From Macrostomum lignano (lineage: Eukaryota): a stretch of 64,000 nucleotides of DNA. Below are positions 12,716-26,892 of the stretch, in pieces (positions within the stretch are counted from its first letter, which is position 1; the number at the start of each line of letters is the position of its first letter). Below the pieces are notes generated by a model. It searched no databases, was not told the DNA's origin, and saw nothing but the letters and a program-made list of their open reading frames with translations. The position numbers and the translations under genes were made by a program. Where the stretch lies: contig NIVC01001115.1 of the NCBI GenBank assembly GCA_002269645.1, forward strand, positions 125,403 through 189,402, read 5' to 3'.

Positions 12716-13443
12716 AAGGTTGACAGATATTTTTAGATTTCCAAGGCTTATTGGGGCATTGCTGAGATGTCAAGGGGGGGAGTTGATATGTTAAAGCTTG
12801 TGGTGGGGAATTACTGACATGTCAAGGCTTACAAGGTTTGACAGGAGATTTTTTAAGATTTCAAGGATACATGTAGCTTATTAAAAAAACGTGTAGCGAT
12901 TGCATTTCTTTGGCTCCCCAACGGGGGGCGTAGATTGCTAGTCTAAATATACTAAATCTCTAATCCTATATACTAAAAATGAGTTGTCTGTATGTGGGTA
13001 TGTGGGTATGCGATAGATTTCAGAAAAATTGGCTCAACCGATTTTCTTCAAACTTGCACCATTCGATCAGAAATTTTCCTGGGACGGTACATGCATCTTG
13101 GCTAAGAAATTGCTCAATGTTAAAGGGATTAAATATTCGAAAAACATGCTTTTTTGCAAAGGTCAAGCAAAATTTTCGACTTGAAATGCATTGTAAGAAT
13201 GCTAGAGAAAAGCCTGACTGACTGAATTTCAATTCTGATAAAGATTGCATCACAACAAGTTGAAAACAGTGTCGAAGAAATGCACACACGACTTGATTTA
13301 AATTGCGTAACCAATATTGCTAACTTGAACTGAGACTGATACTGGCTGACTGAGAAATTGATTATGTCATAACTTTTTACTCTAATTGACTTGCTATAAG
13401 AATTAAATTATAAGGGCAACAGTTCATGTTCTCCAATTGAAAA

Positions 13444-13510
13444 TAGATAGCCTAGATGCGAACAGACTGGAATGCTAATGTAGCGACCTGGGTTCGAATC
13501 TTAGTAGTGC
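13444..13510 (+). other. tRNA-derived cassette in element C
   Basis: tagcctagatgcgaacagactggaatgctaatgtagcgacctgggttcgaatcttag, followed by a T6 run. Confidence 0.55.
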
Positions 13511-13559
13511 AAAAAAAATTTTTTATCAAAACACCCTAAAACACAAAAAGCTAAACATA

Positions 13560-16500
13560 AAGGAAGCGCAATATCAAACATTAAAGAGCCAACCATCTAA
13601 AACATTAAAGAGCCACCATGTCAAACATATACATGACTCAATGTCAAACATATGCGTGACTCCATGTCAGACTTTAAGGGGCCACCATGTCGAACATTAA
13701 AGAGCCACCATTTGAACATTAAAGAGCCACCATGTCAAACATAAAAGAGCCACCATGTAAAACATATACGTGACTCCATGTCAAACATATACGTGACTCC
13801 ATGTCAAACATATACGTGACTCCATGTCAAACATATACGTGACTCCATGTCAAACATATACGTGACTCCATGTCAAACATATACGTGACTCCATGTCAGA
13901 CATTAAAGAGCCACCATGTCGAACATTAAAGAGCCTCCATGTCAAACAGATACATGACTCCATGTCAAACATATACATGACTCCATGTCAAACATTAAAG
14001 AGCCACCATGTCAAGCATTAAAGAGCCACCATGTCAAACATTGAAGAGCCACCATGTCGAACATTAAATAAACACGATGTTGAACAGTAAAGAGCCACGA
14101 TGTTGAAAATTAAAGAGCCAGACCAGGTTAAACATAAATAAGTCACCATGTCAAACATTAAAGAGCCACCATGTCTAACATTAAAGAGTCGCCATGTCAA
14201 ACATATACATGACTCCATGTAAGACATTAAAGAGCCAGGCCAGGTTAAACATAAATAAGCCACCATGTCAAACATTAAAGAGCCGCCATGTCAAACATAT
14301 ACATGACTCCATGTCAGACATTCAAGAGCCACCATGTCAAACATTAAAGAGCCACTATGTCGAACTTTAAAGAGCCACTATGTCAAACATTAAAGAATCA
14401 CAATGTAAAACATTAATGAGCCGGCATGTCGAAAATTAAACAGCCACCATGTCAAACATCAAAGAGCCACCATGTCAAACATATACATGACTCCATGTCG
14501 AACATTAAAGAGCCACCATGTCAAACATAAAAGAGCTATCATGTCAAACATTAAAGAGCCATCATGTCAAACATAAAAGAGCCACCATGTCAAACATAAA
14601 AGAGCCACCATTCCATACATTAAAGAGCCACCATGTAAAACATATACGTGACTCAAACATGAAAAACCTGATGACAAACGTGGCGAACATTAAAGAGCCA
14701 CCATGTCGAACATAAAAGAGCCACCATGTCTAACATTAAAGAGCCACCATGTCAAGCATAAAAGAGCCACCATGTCGAACAAAAAAGAGCCACCATGTCG
14801 AACATTAAAGAGCCACCATGTCCAACATATATGTGACTCCATGTCAAACATTAAAGAGCCACCATGTCAAACATTAAAGAGCCACCATGTCGAACATTAA
14901 AGAGCCACCATGTCCAACATATATGTGACTCCATGTCAAACATTAAAGAGCCACCATGTCAAACATAAAAGAGCCATCATGTCAAACATAAAAGAGCCAT
15001 CATGTCAAACATAAAAGAGCCACCATGTCAAACATAAAAGAGCCACCATGTCAAACATTAAAGAGCCATCATGTCGAACATTAAAGAGCCACCATGTCTA
15101 ACATTAAAGAGCCACCATGTCGAACATTAAAGAGCCACCATGTCTAACATCAAAGAGTCGCCATGTCAAACATATACATGACTCCATGTAAGACATTAAA
15201 GAGCCAGGCCAGGTTAAACATAAATAAGCCACCATGTCAAACATTAAAGAGCCACCATGTCGAACATTAAAGAGCCGCCATGTCGAACATTAAAGAGCCG
15301 CCATGTCAAACATATACATGACTCCATGTCAGACATTCAAGAGCCACCATGTCGAACATTAAAGAGCCACCATGTCGAACTTTAAAGAGCCAGTATGTCA
15401 AACATTAAAGAATCACAATGTAAAACATTAATGAGCCGGCATGTCGAAAATTAAAGAGCCACCATGTCAAACATCAAAGAGCCACCATGTTAAACATATA
15501 CATGACTCCATGTCGAACATTAAAGGGCCACCATGTCAAACATTAAAGAGCCACCATGTCAAACATAAAAGAGCTATCATGTCAAACATTAAAGAGCCAT
15601 CATGTCAAACATAAAAGAGCCACCATGTCAAACATAAAAGAGCCACCATGCCAAACATTAAAGAGCCACCATGTCAAACATATACGTGACTCAAACATGA
15701 AAAACCTGATGACAAACGTGGCGAACATTAAAGAGCCACCATGTCGAACATAAAAGAGCCACCATGTCAAAAATTAAAGAGCCGCAATGTCAAACATTGA
15801 AGAGAAATCATGTCTAACATTAAAGAGCCATCATGTCTAACATTAGAGAGCCACCATGTCTAACATTAAAGAGCCACCATGTCAAGCATAAAAGAGCCAC
15901 CATGTCGAACATAAAAGAACCACCATGTCGAACAAAAAAGAGCCACCATGTCGAACATTAAAGAGCCACCATGTCAAACATAAAAGAGCCATCATGTCAA
16001 ACATAAAAGAGCCATCATGTCAAACATAAAAGAGCCACCATGTCAAACATAAAAGAGCCACCATGTCAAACATTAAAGAGCCATCATGTCGAACATTAAA
16101 GAGCCACCATGTCTAACATTAAAGAGCCACCATGTCGAACATTAAAGAGCCACCATGTCTAACATTAAAGAGTCGCCATGTTAAACATATACATGACTCC
16201 ATGTAAGACATTAAAGAGCCAGGTCAGGTTAAACATAAATAAGCCACCATGTCAAACATATACATGACTCCATGTCAGACATTCAAGAGCCACCATGTCG
16301 AACATTAAAGAGCCACCATGTCGAACTTTAAAGAGCCAGTATGTCAAACATTAAAGAATCACAATGTAAAACATTAATGAGCCGGCATGTCGAAAATTAA
16401 AGAGCCACCATGTCAAACATCAAAGAGCCACCATTTTAAACATATACATGACTCCATGTCGAACATTAAAGGGCCACCACGTCAAACATTAAAGAGCCAC

Positions 16501-18215
16501 CATGTCAAACATAAAAGAGCTATCATGTCAAACATTAAAGAGCCATCATGTCAAACATAAAAGAGCCATCATGTCAAACATAAAAGAGCCATCATGTCAA
16601 ACATAAAAGAGCCATTATGTCAAACATATACATGACTCCATGTCAAACATAAAAGAGCCACCACGTAAAACATTAAAGAGCCACCATGTCAAACATAAAA
16701 GAGCCATCATGTCAAACATAAAAGAGCCACCATGTCAAACATAAAAGAGCCACCATGTCAAACATTAAAGAGCCATCATGTCGAACATTAAAGAGCCACC
16801 ATGTCTAACATTAAAGAGCCACCATGTCGAACATTAAAGAGCCACCATGTCTAACATTAAAGAGTCGCCATGTTAAACATATACATGACTCCATGTAAGA
16901 CATTAAAGAGCCAGGTCAGGTTAAACATAAATAAGCCACCATGTCAAACATATACATGACTCCATGTCAGACATTCAAGAGCCACCATGTCGAACATTAA
17001 AGAGCCACCATGTCGAACTTTAAAGAGCCAGTATGTCAAACATTAAAGAATCACAATGTAAAACATTAATGAGCCGGCATGTCGAAAATTAAAGAGCCAC
17101 CATGTCAAACATCAAAGAGCCACCATTTTAAACATATACATGACTCCATGTCGAACATTAAAGGGCCACCACGTCAAACAATAAAGAGCCACCATGTCAA
17201 ACATAAAAGAGCTATCATGTCAAACATTAAAGAGCCATCATGTCAAACATAAAAGAGCCACCATGTCAAACATAAAAGAGCCACCTTGCCAAACATTAAA
17301 GAGCCACCATGTCAAACATATACGTGACTCAAACATGAAAAACCTGATGACAAACGTGGCGAACATTAAAGAGCCACCATGTCGAACATAAAAGAGCCAC
17401 CATGTAAAACATATAGGTGACTCCATGTCAAATTTTAAAGAGCCACCATGTCGAACATTAAAGAGTCACCATGCCAAACATAAAAGAGCTACCATGTCGA
17501 ACATTAAAGAACCACCATGTCAAACATTAAAGAGCCACCATATCGAACATTAAAGAGCCACCAAGTCAAACATTAAAGAGCTACCATGTCAAACATTAAA
17601 GACCTACCATGTCAAACATTCAAGAGGCATCATGTCAAACATTCAAGAGCCACCATGTCAAACATTCAAGAGCCACCATGTCGAACATTAAAGAGCCACC
17701 ATGTCAAACATTCAAGAGCCACCATATCAAACATTCAAGAGCCACCACGTAAAACATTAAAGAGCCACCATGTCGAACATAAAAGAGCCACCATGCCAAA
17801 CATAAAATAGCCACCATGTCGAACATTAAAGAGCCACCATATTGAACATTAAAGAGCCACCGAGTCAAACATAAAAGAGCTACCATGTCAAACAATAAAG
17901 ACCTACCATGTCAAACATTAAAGAGCCACCATATCAAACATAAAAGAGCCACCATGTCAAACATATATGTGAATCCAGGTCAAACAGTAAAGAGCCACCA
18001 TGTCAAACATAAAAGAGCCACCATGTCAAACATATATGTGAATCCAGGTCAAACAGTAAAGAGCCACCATGTCAAACATAAAAGAGCCACCATGTCGAAC
18101 ATAAAAGAACCACCATGTCAAACATAAAAGAGCCACTATGTCAAACAATAAACAGACACCATGTCAGACAATAAAAAAACCCGAATCAAACATTAAAGAG
18201 CCACCATGTCAAACA
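13560..18215. repeat. 23-bp satellite CATGTCAAACATTAAAGAGCCAC with interspersed CATATACATGACTC variants
   Basis: Direct reading. Block duplications at offsets 1038 and 1638 from the ORF track (14518/15556/17194). Confidence 0.95.
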
Positions 18216-18315
18216 TAAAATTTACACAATTTCAAACGTAAAAGTAAGCGTCATACTAATTTTAAAGGAGCCACTATAGAGCTAAGGAAATTGTAGCACT
18301 AGCTACTTATTGTAT

Positions 18316-18445
18316 GGTGGATGCTTACTATTTGGGATGCTTGCTATCTGGGGATGCTTGCTATCTGGGGGATGCTTGCTATCTGGGGGATGCTTGCTAT
18401 CTGGGGGGTACTTGCTATCTGGGGGATGCTTGCTGTCTTGGGATG
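18316..18445 (+). repeat. Short array of the 18-19 bp GATGCTTGCTATCTGGG satellite at the 3' end of element C
   Basis: Same monomer as in A1 and D. Confidence 0.9.
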
Positions 18446-19054
18446 ATTTCTTCTTGCATTACACTTTATTTGAGCAGTTTGTCTGTCGTCTTTGTGAAGG
18501 CTTTATTTGGCTGTCTTTTTGTTACTTGTAGAGAACAGAGATTCTATCCAGATGTCCCCCAACGGGGGGCGAAGATTGCTAGTCCAATATACTAAAAATG
18601 AAAATCTTGCTTGTTTGTTTGTTTGTACGCAATCGATTAGAGAAAAAATGGCTGGACCGATTTTCATGAGACTTGCACTGTTCGATCAGAAATTTTCCCG
18701 TGACGGTACATGCATCGTGGCTAAGAAATTGCTCGATGCTAAAGGCATTAAATATTCGAAAAACATGCTTTTTTTGCAAAGGTCAAGCAAACTTTTTGAC
18801 TTGAAATGCATTGTAAGAATGCTAGAGAAAAAACTGACTGGTTGATTCTGATTCTGAAATAGATTGCATCATAACTGAATTGTAACTCCGACTTGAATTG
18901 AAAATGCAGTGTGGAAGCGTAGCACCAGACTTGATTTAAATTGCGTAACCATATGATTATGTCATAACTGCTTCGTGTGATTTACTCTATGCTTGGAGTT
19001 TTGAAACTTATAATTATATTATAGAAGTGCTAAAATTCATGTTATCAAAACGAT

Positions 19055-19115
19055 GAGAGCTAGCCTAGAGGTAAACAGACTGACTGCTAAATGCAGGGAC
19101 GATGGTTCAAATTTT
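19055..19115 (+). other. tRNA-derived cassette in element B2
   Basis: gagagctagcctagaggtaaacagactgactgctaaatgcagggacgatggttcaaattttt. Confidence 0.5.
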
Positions 19116-19164
19116 TACAGAGTTTTTTTAATTAAAGTTTTTTAACGCCAAAAAAACTAAAAAA

Positions 19165-22100
19165 TCATGGAAGCGTCATGTAAAAAATCATAAAAGCGTT
19201 ATGTAAAAAATCATAGAAACGTCATGTAAAAAATCATAAAAGCGTTATGTAAAAATCATAGAAGCGTAATGTAAACAATCATAAAAGTTTTATGTAAAAA
19301 TCATAGAAGCGTCATGTAAACAATCATAGAAGCGTCATGTAAACAATCCTAGAAGCGTCATGTAAAAAATCATAAAAGCGTTATGTAAAAATCATAGAAG
19401 CGTCATGTAAAAAGTCATAGAAGCGTCATGTAAAAATCATAGAAGCGTCATGTAAAAAATCATAGAAGCGTCGTGTAAACAATCATAGAAGCGTCATGTA
19501 AACAATCATAGAAGCGTCATGTAAAAAATCATAAAAGCGTTATGTAAAAAATCATAGAAGCGTCATGTAAAAAATCTTAGAAGCGTCATGTAAACAATCA
19601 TAGAAGCGTCATGTAAACAATCATAGAAGCGTCATGTAAAAAATCATAGAAGCGTCATGTAAAAATCATAGAAGCGTCATGTAAAAAATCTTAGAAGCGT
19701 CATGTAAAAATTATAGAAGCGTCATATAAACAATCATAGATGCGTCATGTAAAAAATCTTAAAGCGTCATGTAAAAATTACAGAAGCGTCATATAAACAA
19801 TCATAGAAGCGTCATGTAAACAATCATAGAAGCGTCATGTAAAAATCATAGAAGCGTCCTGCAGAAATCGTAGAAGCGTCATGAAATAATCATAGAAGCG
19901 TCATGTAAAAAGCATAGAAGCGTCATGTAAAAATCATAGCGTCATATAAACAATCATAGAAGCGTCATGTAAAAATCTAGAAGCGTCATGTAAAAATTAT
20001 AGAAGCGTCATATAAACAATCATAGAAGCGTCATGTAAACAATCATAGAAGCGTCATGTAAACAATCATAGAAGCGTCATGTAAAAATCATAGAAGCGTC
20101 ATGTAAAAATCATAGAAGCGTCATGTAAAAAATCATAGAAGCGTCATGTAAACAATCATAGAAGCGTCATGTAAACATCATAGAAACGTCGTGTAAACAA
20201 TCATAGAAGCGTCATGTAAAAATCAAAGAAGCGTCATGTAAAAAATCATAGAGGCATCACGTAAAAATCATAGAAGCGTCATGTAAACAATCATAGAAGC
20301 GTCATGTAAAAAATCATAGAAGCGTCATGTAAACAATCATAGAAGCGTCATGTAAACAATCATAGAAGCGTCATGTAAAAAATCATAGAAGCGTCATGTA
20401 AACAATCATAGAAGCGTCATGTAAAAATCATAGAAGCGTCATGTAAAAAATCATAGAAGCGTCATGTAAAAATCATAAGCGTCATGTAAAAACATAGAAG
20501 CGTCATGTAAACAATCATAGAAGCGTCATGTAAAAAATCATAAAAGCGTCATGAAAAAATCATAGAAGCGTCATGTAAACAATCATAGAAGCGTCATGTA
20601 AAAAATATAAGCGTCATGTAAAAACCATAGAAGCGTCATGTAAACAATCATAGAAGCGTCATATAAACATCATAGAAGCGTCATGTAAAAATCATAGAAG
20701 CGTCATATAAACAATCATAGAAGCGTCATGTAAAAATCATAGAAGCGTCATGTAAAAAATCATAGAAGCGTCATATAAACATCATAGAAGCGTCATGTAA
20801 AAATCATAAGCGTCATGTAAATCATAGAAGCGTCATGTAAACAATCATAGAAGCGTCATGTAAACAATCATAGAAGCGTCATGTAAAAAATCATAGAAGC
20901 GTCATGTAAACAATCATAGAAGCGTCATGTAAACAATCATAGAAGCGTCATGTAAAAAATCATAGAAGCGTCATGTAAACAATCATAGAAGCGTCATGTA
21001 AAAATCATAGAAGCGTCATGTAAAAATCATAGAAGCGTCATGTAAACAATCATAGAAGCGTCATGTAAACAATCATAGAAGCGTCATGTAAAAATCATAG
21101 AAGCGTCATGTAAAAATCATAGAAGCGTCATGTAAAAATCTTAGAAGCGTCATGTAAAAATCATAGAAGCGTCATGTAAACAATCATAGAAGCGTCATGT
21201 AAAAAATCTAGAAGCGTCATGTAAAAATTAGAAGCGTCATATAAACAATCATAGAAGCGTCATGTAAAAATCATAGAAGCGTCATGTAAAAATCATAGAA
21301 GCGTCATGCAAAATCATAAACGTCATGTAAAAAATCATAGAAGCGTCATGTAAAAATCATAGAAGCGTCATGTAAAAATCATAGAAGCGTCATATAAACA
21401 ATCATAGAAGCGTCATGTAAAAAATCTAGAAGCGTCATGTAAAAATTATAGAAGCGTCATATAAACAATCATAGAAGCGTCATGTAAAATCATAGAAGCG
21501 TCATGTAAACAATCATAGAAGCGTCATGTAAAAATCATAGAAGCGTCATGTAAAAATCATAGAAGCGTCATGTAAAAATCATAGAAGCGTCATGTAAACA
21601 ATCATAGAAGCGTCATGTAAAAATCATAGAAGCGTCATGTAAAAATCATAGAAGCGTCATGTAAAAATCATAGAAGCGTCATGTAAAAATCATAGAAGCG
21701 TCACGTAAACAATCATAGAAGCGTCATGTAAACAATCATAGAAGCGTCATGTAAAAAATCATAGAAGCGTCATGTAAACAATCATAGAAGCGTCATGTAA
21801 ACAATCATAGAAGCGTCATGTAAAAAATCATAGAAGCGTCATGTAAACAATCATAGAAGCGTCATGTAAAAAATCATAGAAGCGTCATGTAAAAAATCAT
21901 AGAAGCGTCATGTAAAAATCATAAAGCGTCATGTAAAAAATCATAGAAGCGTCATGTAAACAATCATAGAAGCGTCATGTAAAAATCATAAAGCGTCATG
22001 TAAAAAATCATAGAAGCGTCATGTAAACAATCATAGAAGCGTCATGTAAAAAATATAAGCGTCATGTAAAAACATAGAAGCGTCATGTAAACAATCATAG

Positions 22101-25075
22101 AAGCGTCATGTAAAAATCATAGAAGCGTCATGTAAAAATCATAGAAGCGTCATATAAACAATCATAGAAGCGTCATGTAAAAATCATAGAAGCGTCATGT
22201 AAAAATCATAGAAGCGTCATATAAAATCATAGAAGCGTCATGTAAAAAATAGAAGCGTCATGTAAACATAGAAGCGTCATGTAAACAATCATAGAAGCGT
22301 CATGTAAACAATCATAGAAGCGTCATGTAAAAAATCATAGAAGCGTCATGTAAACAATCATAGAAGCGTCATGTAAACAATCATAGAAGCGTCATGTAAA
22401 AAATCATAGAAGCGTCATGTAAACAATCATAGAAGCGTCATGTAAAAATCATAGAAGCGTCATGTAAAAAATCATAGAAGCGTCATGTAAACAATCATAG
22501 AAGCGTCATGTAAAAATCATAGAAGCGTCATGTAAAAAATCATAGAAGCGTCATGTAAAAATCATAGAAGCGTCATGTAAAAAATCTAGAAGCGTCATGT
22601 AAAAATCATAGAAGCGTCATGTAAACAATCATAGAAGCGTCATGTAAAAATCTAGAAGCGTCATGTAAAAATCATAGAAGCGTCATGTAAAAATCATAGA
22701 AGCGTCATGTAAAAATCATAGAAGCGTCATGTAAAAATCATAGAAGCGTCATGTAAAAATCATAGAAGCGTCATGTAAAAATCATAGAAGCGTCATGTAA
22801 AAATCATAGAAGCGTCATGTAAAAATCATAGAAGCGTCATGTAAACAATCATAGAAGCGTCATGTAAAAATCTAGAAGCGTCATGTAAAAATTATAGAAG
22901 CGTCATATAAACAATCATAGAAGCGTCATGTAAAAATCATAGAAGCGTCATGTAAAAATCATAGAAGCGTCATGTAAAAATCATAGAAGCGTCATGTAAA
23001 AATCATAGAAGCGTCATGTAAACAATCATAGAAGCGTCATGTAAACAATCATAGAAGCGTCATGTAAAAATCATAGAAGCGTCATGTAAAAATCATAGAA
23101 GCGTCATGTAAAAATCATAGAAGCGTCATGTAAAAAATCATAGAAGCGTCATGTAAACAATCATAGAAGCGTCATGTAAACAATCATAGAAGCGTCATGT
23201 AAAAAATCATAGAAGCGTCATGTAAAAATCATAGAAGCGTCATGTAAACAATCATAGAAGCGTCATGTAAAAAATCATAGAAGCGTCATGTAAACAATCA
23301 TAGAAGCGTCATGTAAACAATCATAGAAGCGTCATGTAAAAATCATAGAAGCGTCATGTAAAAATCATAGAAGCGTCATGTAAAAATCATAGAAGCGTCA
23401 TGTAAACAATCATAGAAGCGTCATGTAAAAATATAAAGCGTCATGTAAAAAATCATAGAAGCGTCATGTAAACAATCATAGAAGCGTCATGTAAAAAAGC
23501 ATAAAGCGTCATGTAAAAATCATAGAAGCGTCATGTAAACAATCATAGAAGCGTCATGTAAAAAATCATAGAAGCGTCATGTAAAAATCATAGAAGCGTC
23601 ATAAAAATCATAGAAGCGTCATGTAAAAAGCATAGAAGCGTCATGTAAAAAATCATAGAAGCGTCATATAAACATCATAGAAGCGTCATGTAAACAATCA
23701 TAGAAGCGTCATGTAAAAATCATAGAAGCGTCATGTAAACATCATAAGCGTCATGTAAACAATCATAGAAGCGTCATGTAAACAATCATAGAAGCGTCAT
23801 GTAAAAAATCATAGAAGCGTCATGTAAACAATCATAGAAGCGTCATGTAAACAATCATAGAAGCGTCATGTAAAAATCATAGAAGCGTCATGTAAACATC
23901 ATAGAAGCGTCATGTAAACAATCATAGAAGCGTCATGTAAAAAATCATAGAAGCGTCATGTAAACAATCATAGAAGCGTCATGTAAAAAATCATAGAAGC
24001 GTCATGTAAAAATCATAGAAGCGTCATGTAAAAATCATAAAGCGTCATGTAAAAACATAGAAGCGTCATGTAAACAATCATAGAAGCGTCATGTAAAAAA
24101 TATAAAGCGTCATGTAAAAATCATAGAAGCGTCATGTAAACAATCATAGAAGCGTCATGTAAAAAATCATAGAAGCGTCATGTAAAAATCATAGAAGCGT
24201 CATATAAACAATCATAGAAGCGTCATGTAAAAAGCATAGAAGCGTCATGTAAAAAATCATAGAAGCGTCATATAAACATCATAGAAGCGTCATGTAAACA
24301 ATCATAGAAGCGTCATGTAAAAAATCATAGAAGCGTCATATAAACAATCAAGCGTCATGTAAAAATCATAGAAGCGTCATGTAAACAATCATAGAAGCGT
24401 CATGTAAACAATCATAGAAGCGTCATGTAAAAATCATAGAAGCGTCATGTAAACAATCATAGAAGCGTCATGTAAACAATCATAGAAGCGTCATGTAAAA
24501 AATCATAGAAGCGTCATGTAAACAATCATAGAAGCGTCATGTAAACAATCATAGAAGCGTCATGTAAAAATCATAGAAGCGTCGTGTAAACAATCATAAA
24601 GCGTTATGTAAAAATCATAGAAGCGTCATGTAAAAAATCATAGAAGCGTCATGTAAAAATCATAGAAGCGTCATGTAAAAAATCATAGAAGCGTCATATA
24701 AAAAATCATAGAAGCGTCATATAAAAAATCATAGAAGCGTCATGTAAAAAATCATAGAAGCGTCATGTAAACAATCATAGAAGCGTCATGTAAAAAATCA
24801 TAGAAGCGTCATGTAAAAATCATAGAAGCGTCATGTAAACAATCATAGAAGCGTCATGTAAAAAGCATAGAAGCGTCATGTAAACAATCATAGAAGCGTC
24901 ATGTAAAAATCATAGAAGCGTCATGTAAAAATCATAGAAGCGTCATGTAAACAATCATAGAAGCGTCATGTAAAAATCATAGAAGCGTCATGTAAAAATC
25001 ATAGAAGCGTCATAAAAATCATAGAAGCGTCATCATAGAAGCATCATAAAAATCATAGAAGCGTCAAAAATCATG
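19165..25075. repeat. 22-23 bp satellite AATCATAGAAGCGTCATGTAAA(C/A), about 5.9 kb
   Basis: Direct reading. Confidence 0.95.
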
Positions 25076-25963
25076 TCATTTAAAAAATTAAGAAGCATCA
25101 TGGTAGAATAAAAGAAGCGTCATGTCAGACATGAAGGTGTCATGTAAAAATTAAATGCAGTTATAATGCTGTGCTGGGGAGAAAAACTGAGACGTAAAGG
25201 CTCTCAGAGAATAACTGAGATTACGGGGGGGTGGTTCTGAGATGTCAAAGCAAAAGTCAGAAGCTACTTCAAAGTTCATGTACTTTACTCAATTTTTTAT
25301 TGCATTCTTTGTTGGCTCGCCACGGGGGGAGGCGCTGATAGAAGAAGAGTCATGTAAAAAATAAAAGTAGCACTAAGTATACATAAAAGAAAGGTCATGT
25401 CGAAGTTAAAAGATTCATTTGGGAATTGCTACGATGTCAAAGCTTGGTGGAAATCGTTATAGTGCTGGTGATTCTTAAAGAAGGAATCACTAAAATGCCA
25501 AGGCTTAGGGGAGAAGAATTGCTGAGATTTCAAGGCTTTAGGTTGGGTTAAAGTTAGGTTTAGGTCAGGTGTGGGTTGAGGGTTATATTTTATCGGGTTT
25601 CAAGGTTAACAGGGGATTTTTTAGATTTCAAGGTTTATGGGGGCCATCGCTGACATGTCAAGGCTTACGGGGGGGGGGGAATAGCTGAGATGTCAAGGCT
25701 CACTGGGGTATAAATGAGATTTCAAGGCTAAAGCCAGAAGCTACATGTAGTTTATTGAAAACTTTTTATTACATTATTTGATGCCTCCTCAGGGGAGGGA
25801 TCGCTGATAAAAAAAGCGTAATGTAAAAAATAAAAGAAGCTTCATGTCGAAGTTAAGAGATTCATTTGGGAATCCCTACGATGTCGAGGCTTGCAGGGAA
25901 TCGCAATAATGCTGTAGTAGTGCTATAATGACTCTTAGAGAGAATTACTGAAATTTCAATGCT

Positions 25964-26055
25964 TTAGGGTTAGGGTTAGGGTTAGGGTTAGGGTTAGGGT
26001 TAGGGCTAGGGTTAGGCTAGGGTTAGAGTTGGGGTTAGGTTTTGATTAGGGTTAG
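25964..26055 (+). repeat. Interstitial telomere-like (TTAGGG)n tract in element B2
   Basis: Same position relative to flanks as the tract in B. Confidence 0.9.
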
Positions 26056-26825
26056 AAGGTTGACAGATATTTTTAGATTTTCAAGGCTTATTGGGGCATT
26101 GCTGAGATGTCAGGGGGGGGAGTTGATATGTTAAAGCTTGTGGGGGGAATTACTGACATGTCAAGGCTTACAAGGTTTGACAGGAGATTTTTTAAGATTT
26201 CAAGGATACATGTAGCATATTAAAAAAACGTGTATTGCATTTCTTTGGCTCCCCAACGGGGGGCGTAGATTGCTAGTCCATATACTAAAAATGAAAATCT
26301 TGCTTGCTTGCTTGTACGAAATCGATTTTCTCCTGAATGGCTGGACCGATTTTCTTCGAACTTGCACTGTTCGATCAGAAATTTGCCCGTGACGGTACAT
26401 GCATCTTGGCTAAGAAATTGCTTGATGCTAAAGGGATTAAATATTCGAAAAACATGCTTTTTTGCAAAGGTCAAGCAGCTCTTTCGACTTGAAATGCATT
26501 GTAAGAATGCTAGAGAAAAAACTGACTGGTTGAATTCTGATTCTGAAATAGATTGCATCATAACAATAGGCTTTTATTTATCGTCTCTGTACTGGCTGAA
26601 TTTTGACACTGAATTGAATTACGTCACAGTATTGAAAACGCAGTGTGGAAGCATAGCACAATACTTGATTTATCTTGCGTAACCATATTGCTAACTTTAA
26701 TAGACACTGGTACTGACTTGCCTAAGAAATTGATTATGTCATAACTGCCTCGTGTAACTTTTACTCTATTGACTTGGTGTGAGTGTTGAATTATAAGTGC
26801 TACAAATTCATTTACAATTTCAATG

Positions 26826-26892
26826 AGAGCTAGCCTAGATGTGAACACACTGGACTGCTAATGCAGCAACCTGGGTTCGAATCTTAGTAGTG
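26826..26892 (+). other. tRNA-Ser(GCT)-like cassette in element D (best preserved copy)
   Basis: A box tagcctagatgtg, anticodon arm ctgga-ctgctaa-tgcag, T arm ctggg-ttcgaat-cttag. The acceptor stem does not pair, so this is not an intact tRNA. Confidence 0.6.

Larger units (their letters stand above)
7625..12941 (+). mobile_element. Helitron-like non-autonomous element B carrying a 22-23 bp satellite and a TTAGGG tract
   Basis: Starts A|TC ctatatactaaaaatg with an (AT)n microsatellite and the conserved core. Ends cccc-aac-gggg hairpin, then gcgtagattgCTAG (12938-12941). Confidence 0.8.
12942..18582 (+). mobile_element. Helitron-like non-autonomous element C carrying a 23-bp satellite
   Basis: Begins TC directly after the CTAG of B (tctaaatatactaaa-tctctaatcctatatactaaaaatg). 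Conserved core. Ends ccccc-aac-ggggg hairpin, then cgaagattgCTAG (18579-18582). Confidence 0.8.
18583..26276 (+). mobile_element. Helitron-like non-autonomous element B2 (paralog of B)
   Basis: CTAG|TC junction at 18582/18583, (TTTG)n microsatellite, conserved core, same satellite as B. The ~1.2 kb 3' region closely matches 11760-12941. Hairpin and CTAG at 26273-26276. Confidence 0.8.

Noticed and set aside
8205-25075. Short regular repeats superficially like CRISPR arrays
   Set aside because: Monomers are directly adjacent with no unique spacers, there are no cas genes, and the context is eukaryotic.
26826-26892. Functional tRNA-Ser gene
   Set aside because: The acceptor stem does not pair and the long variable arm of tRNA-Ser is missing. 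Kept only as a tRNA-derived cassette.
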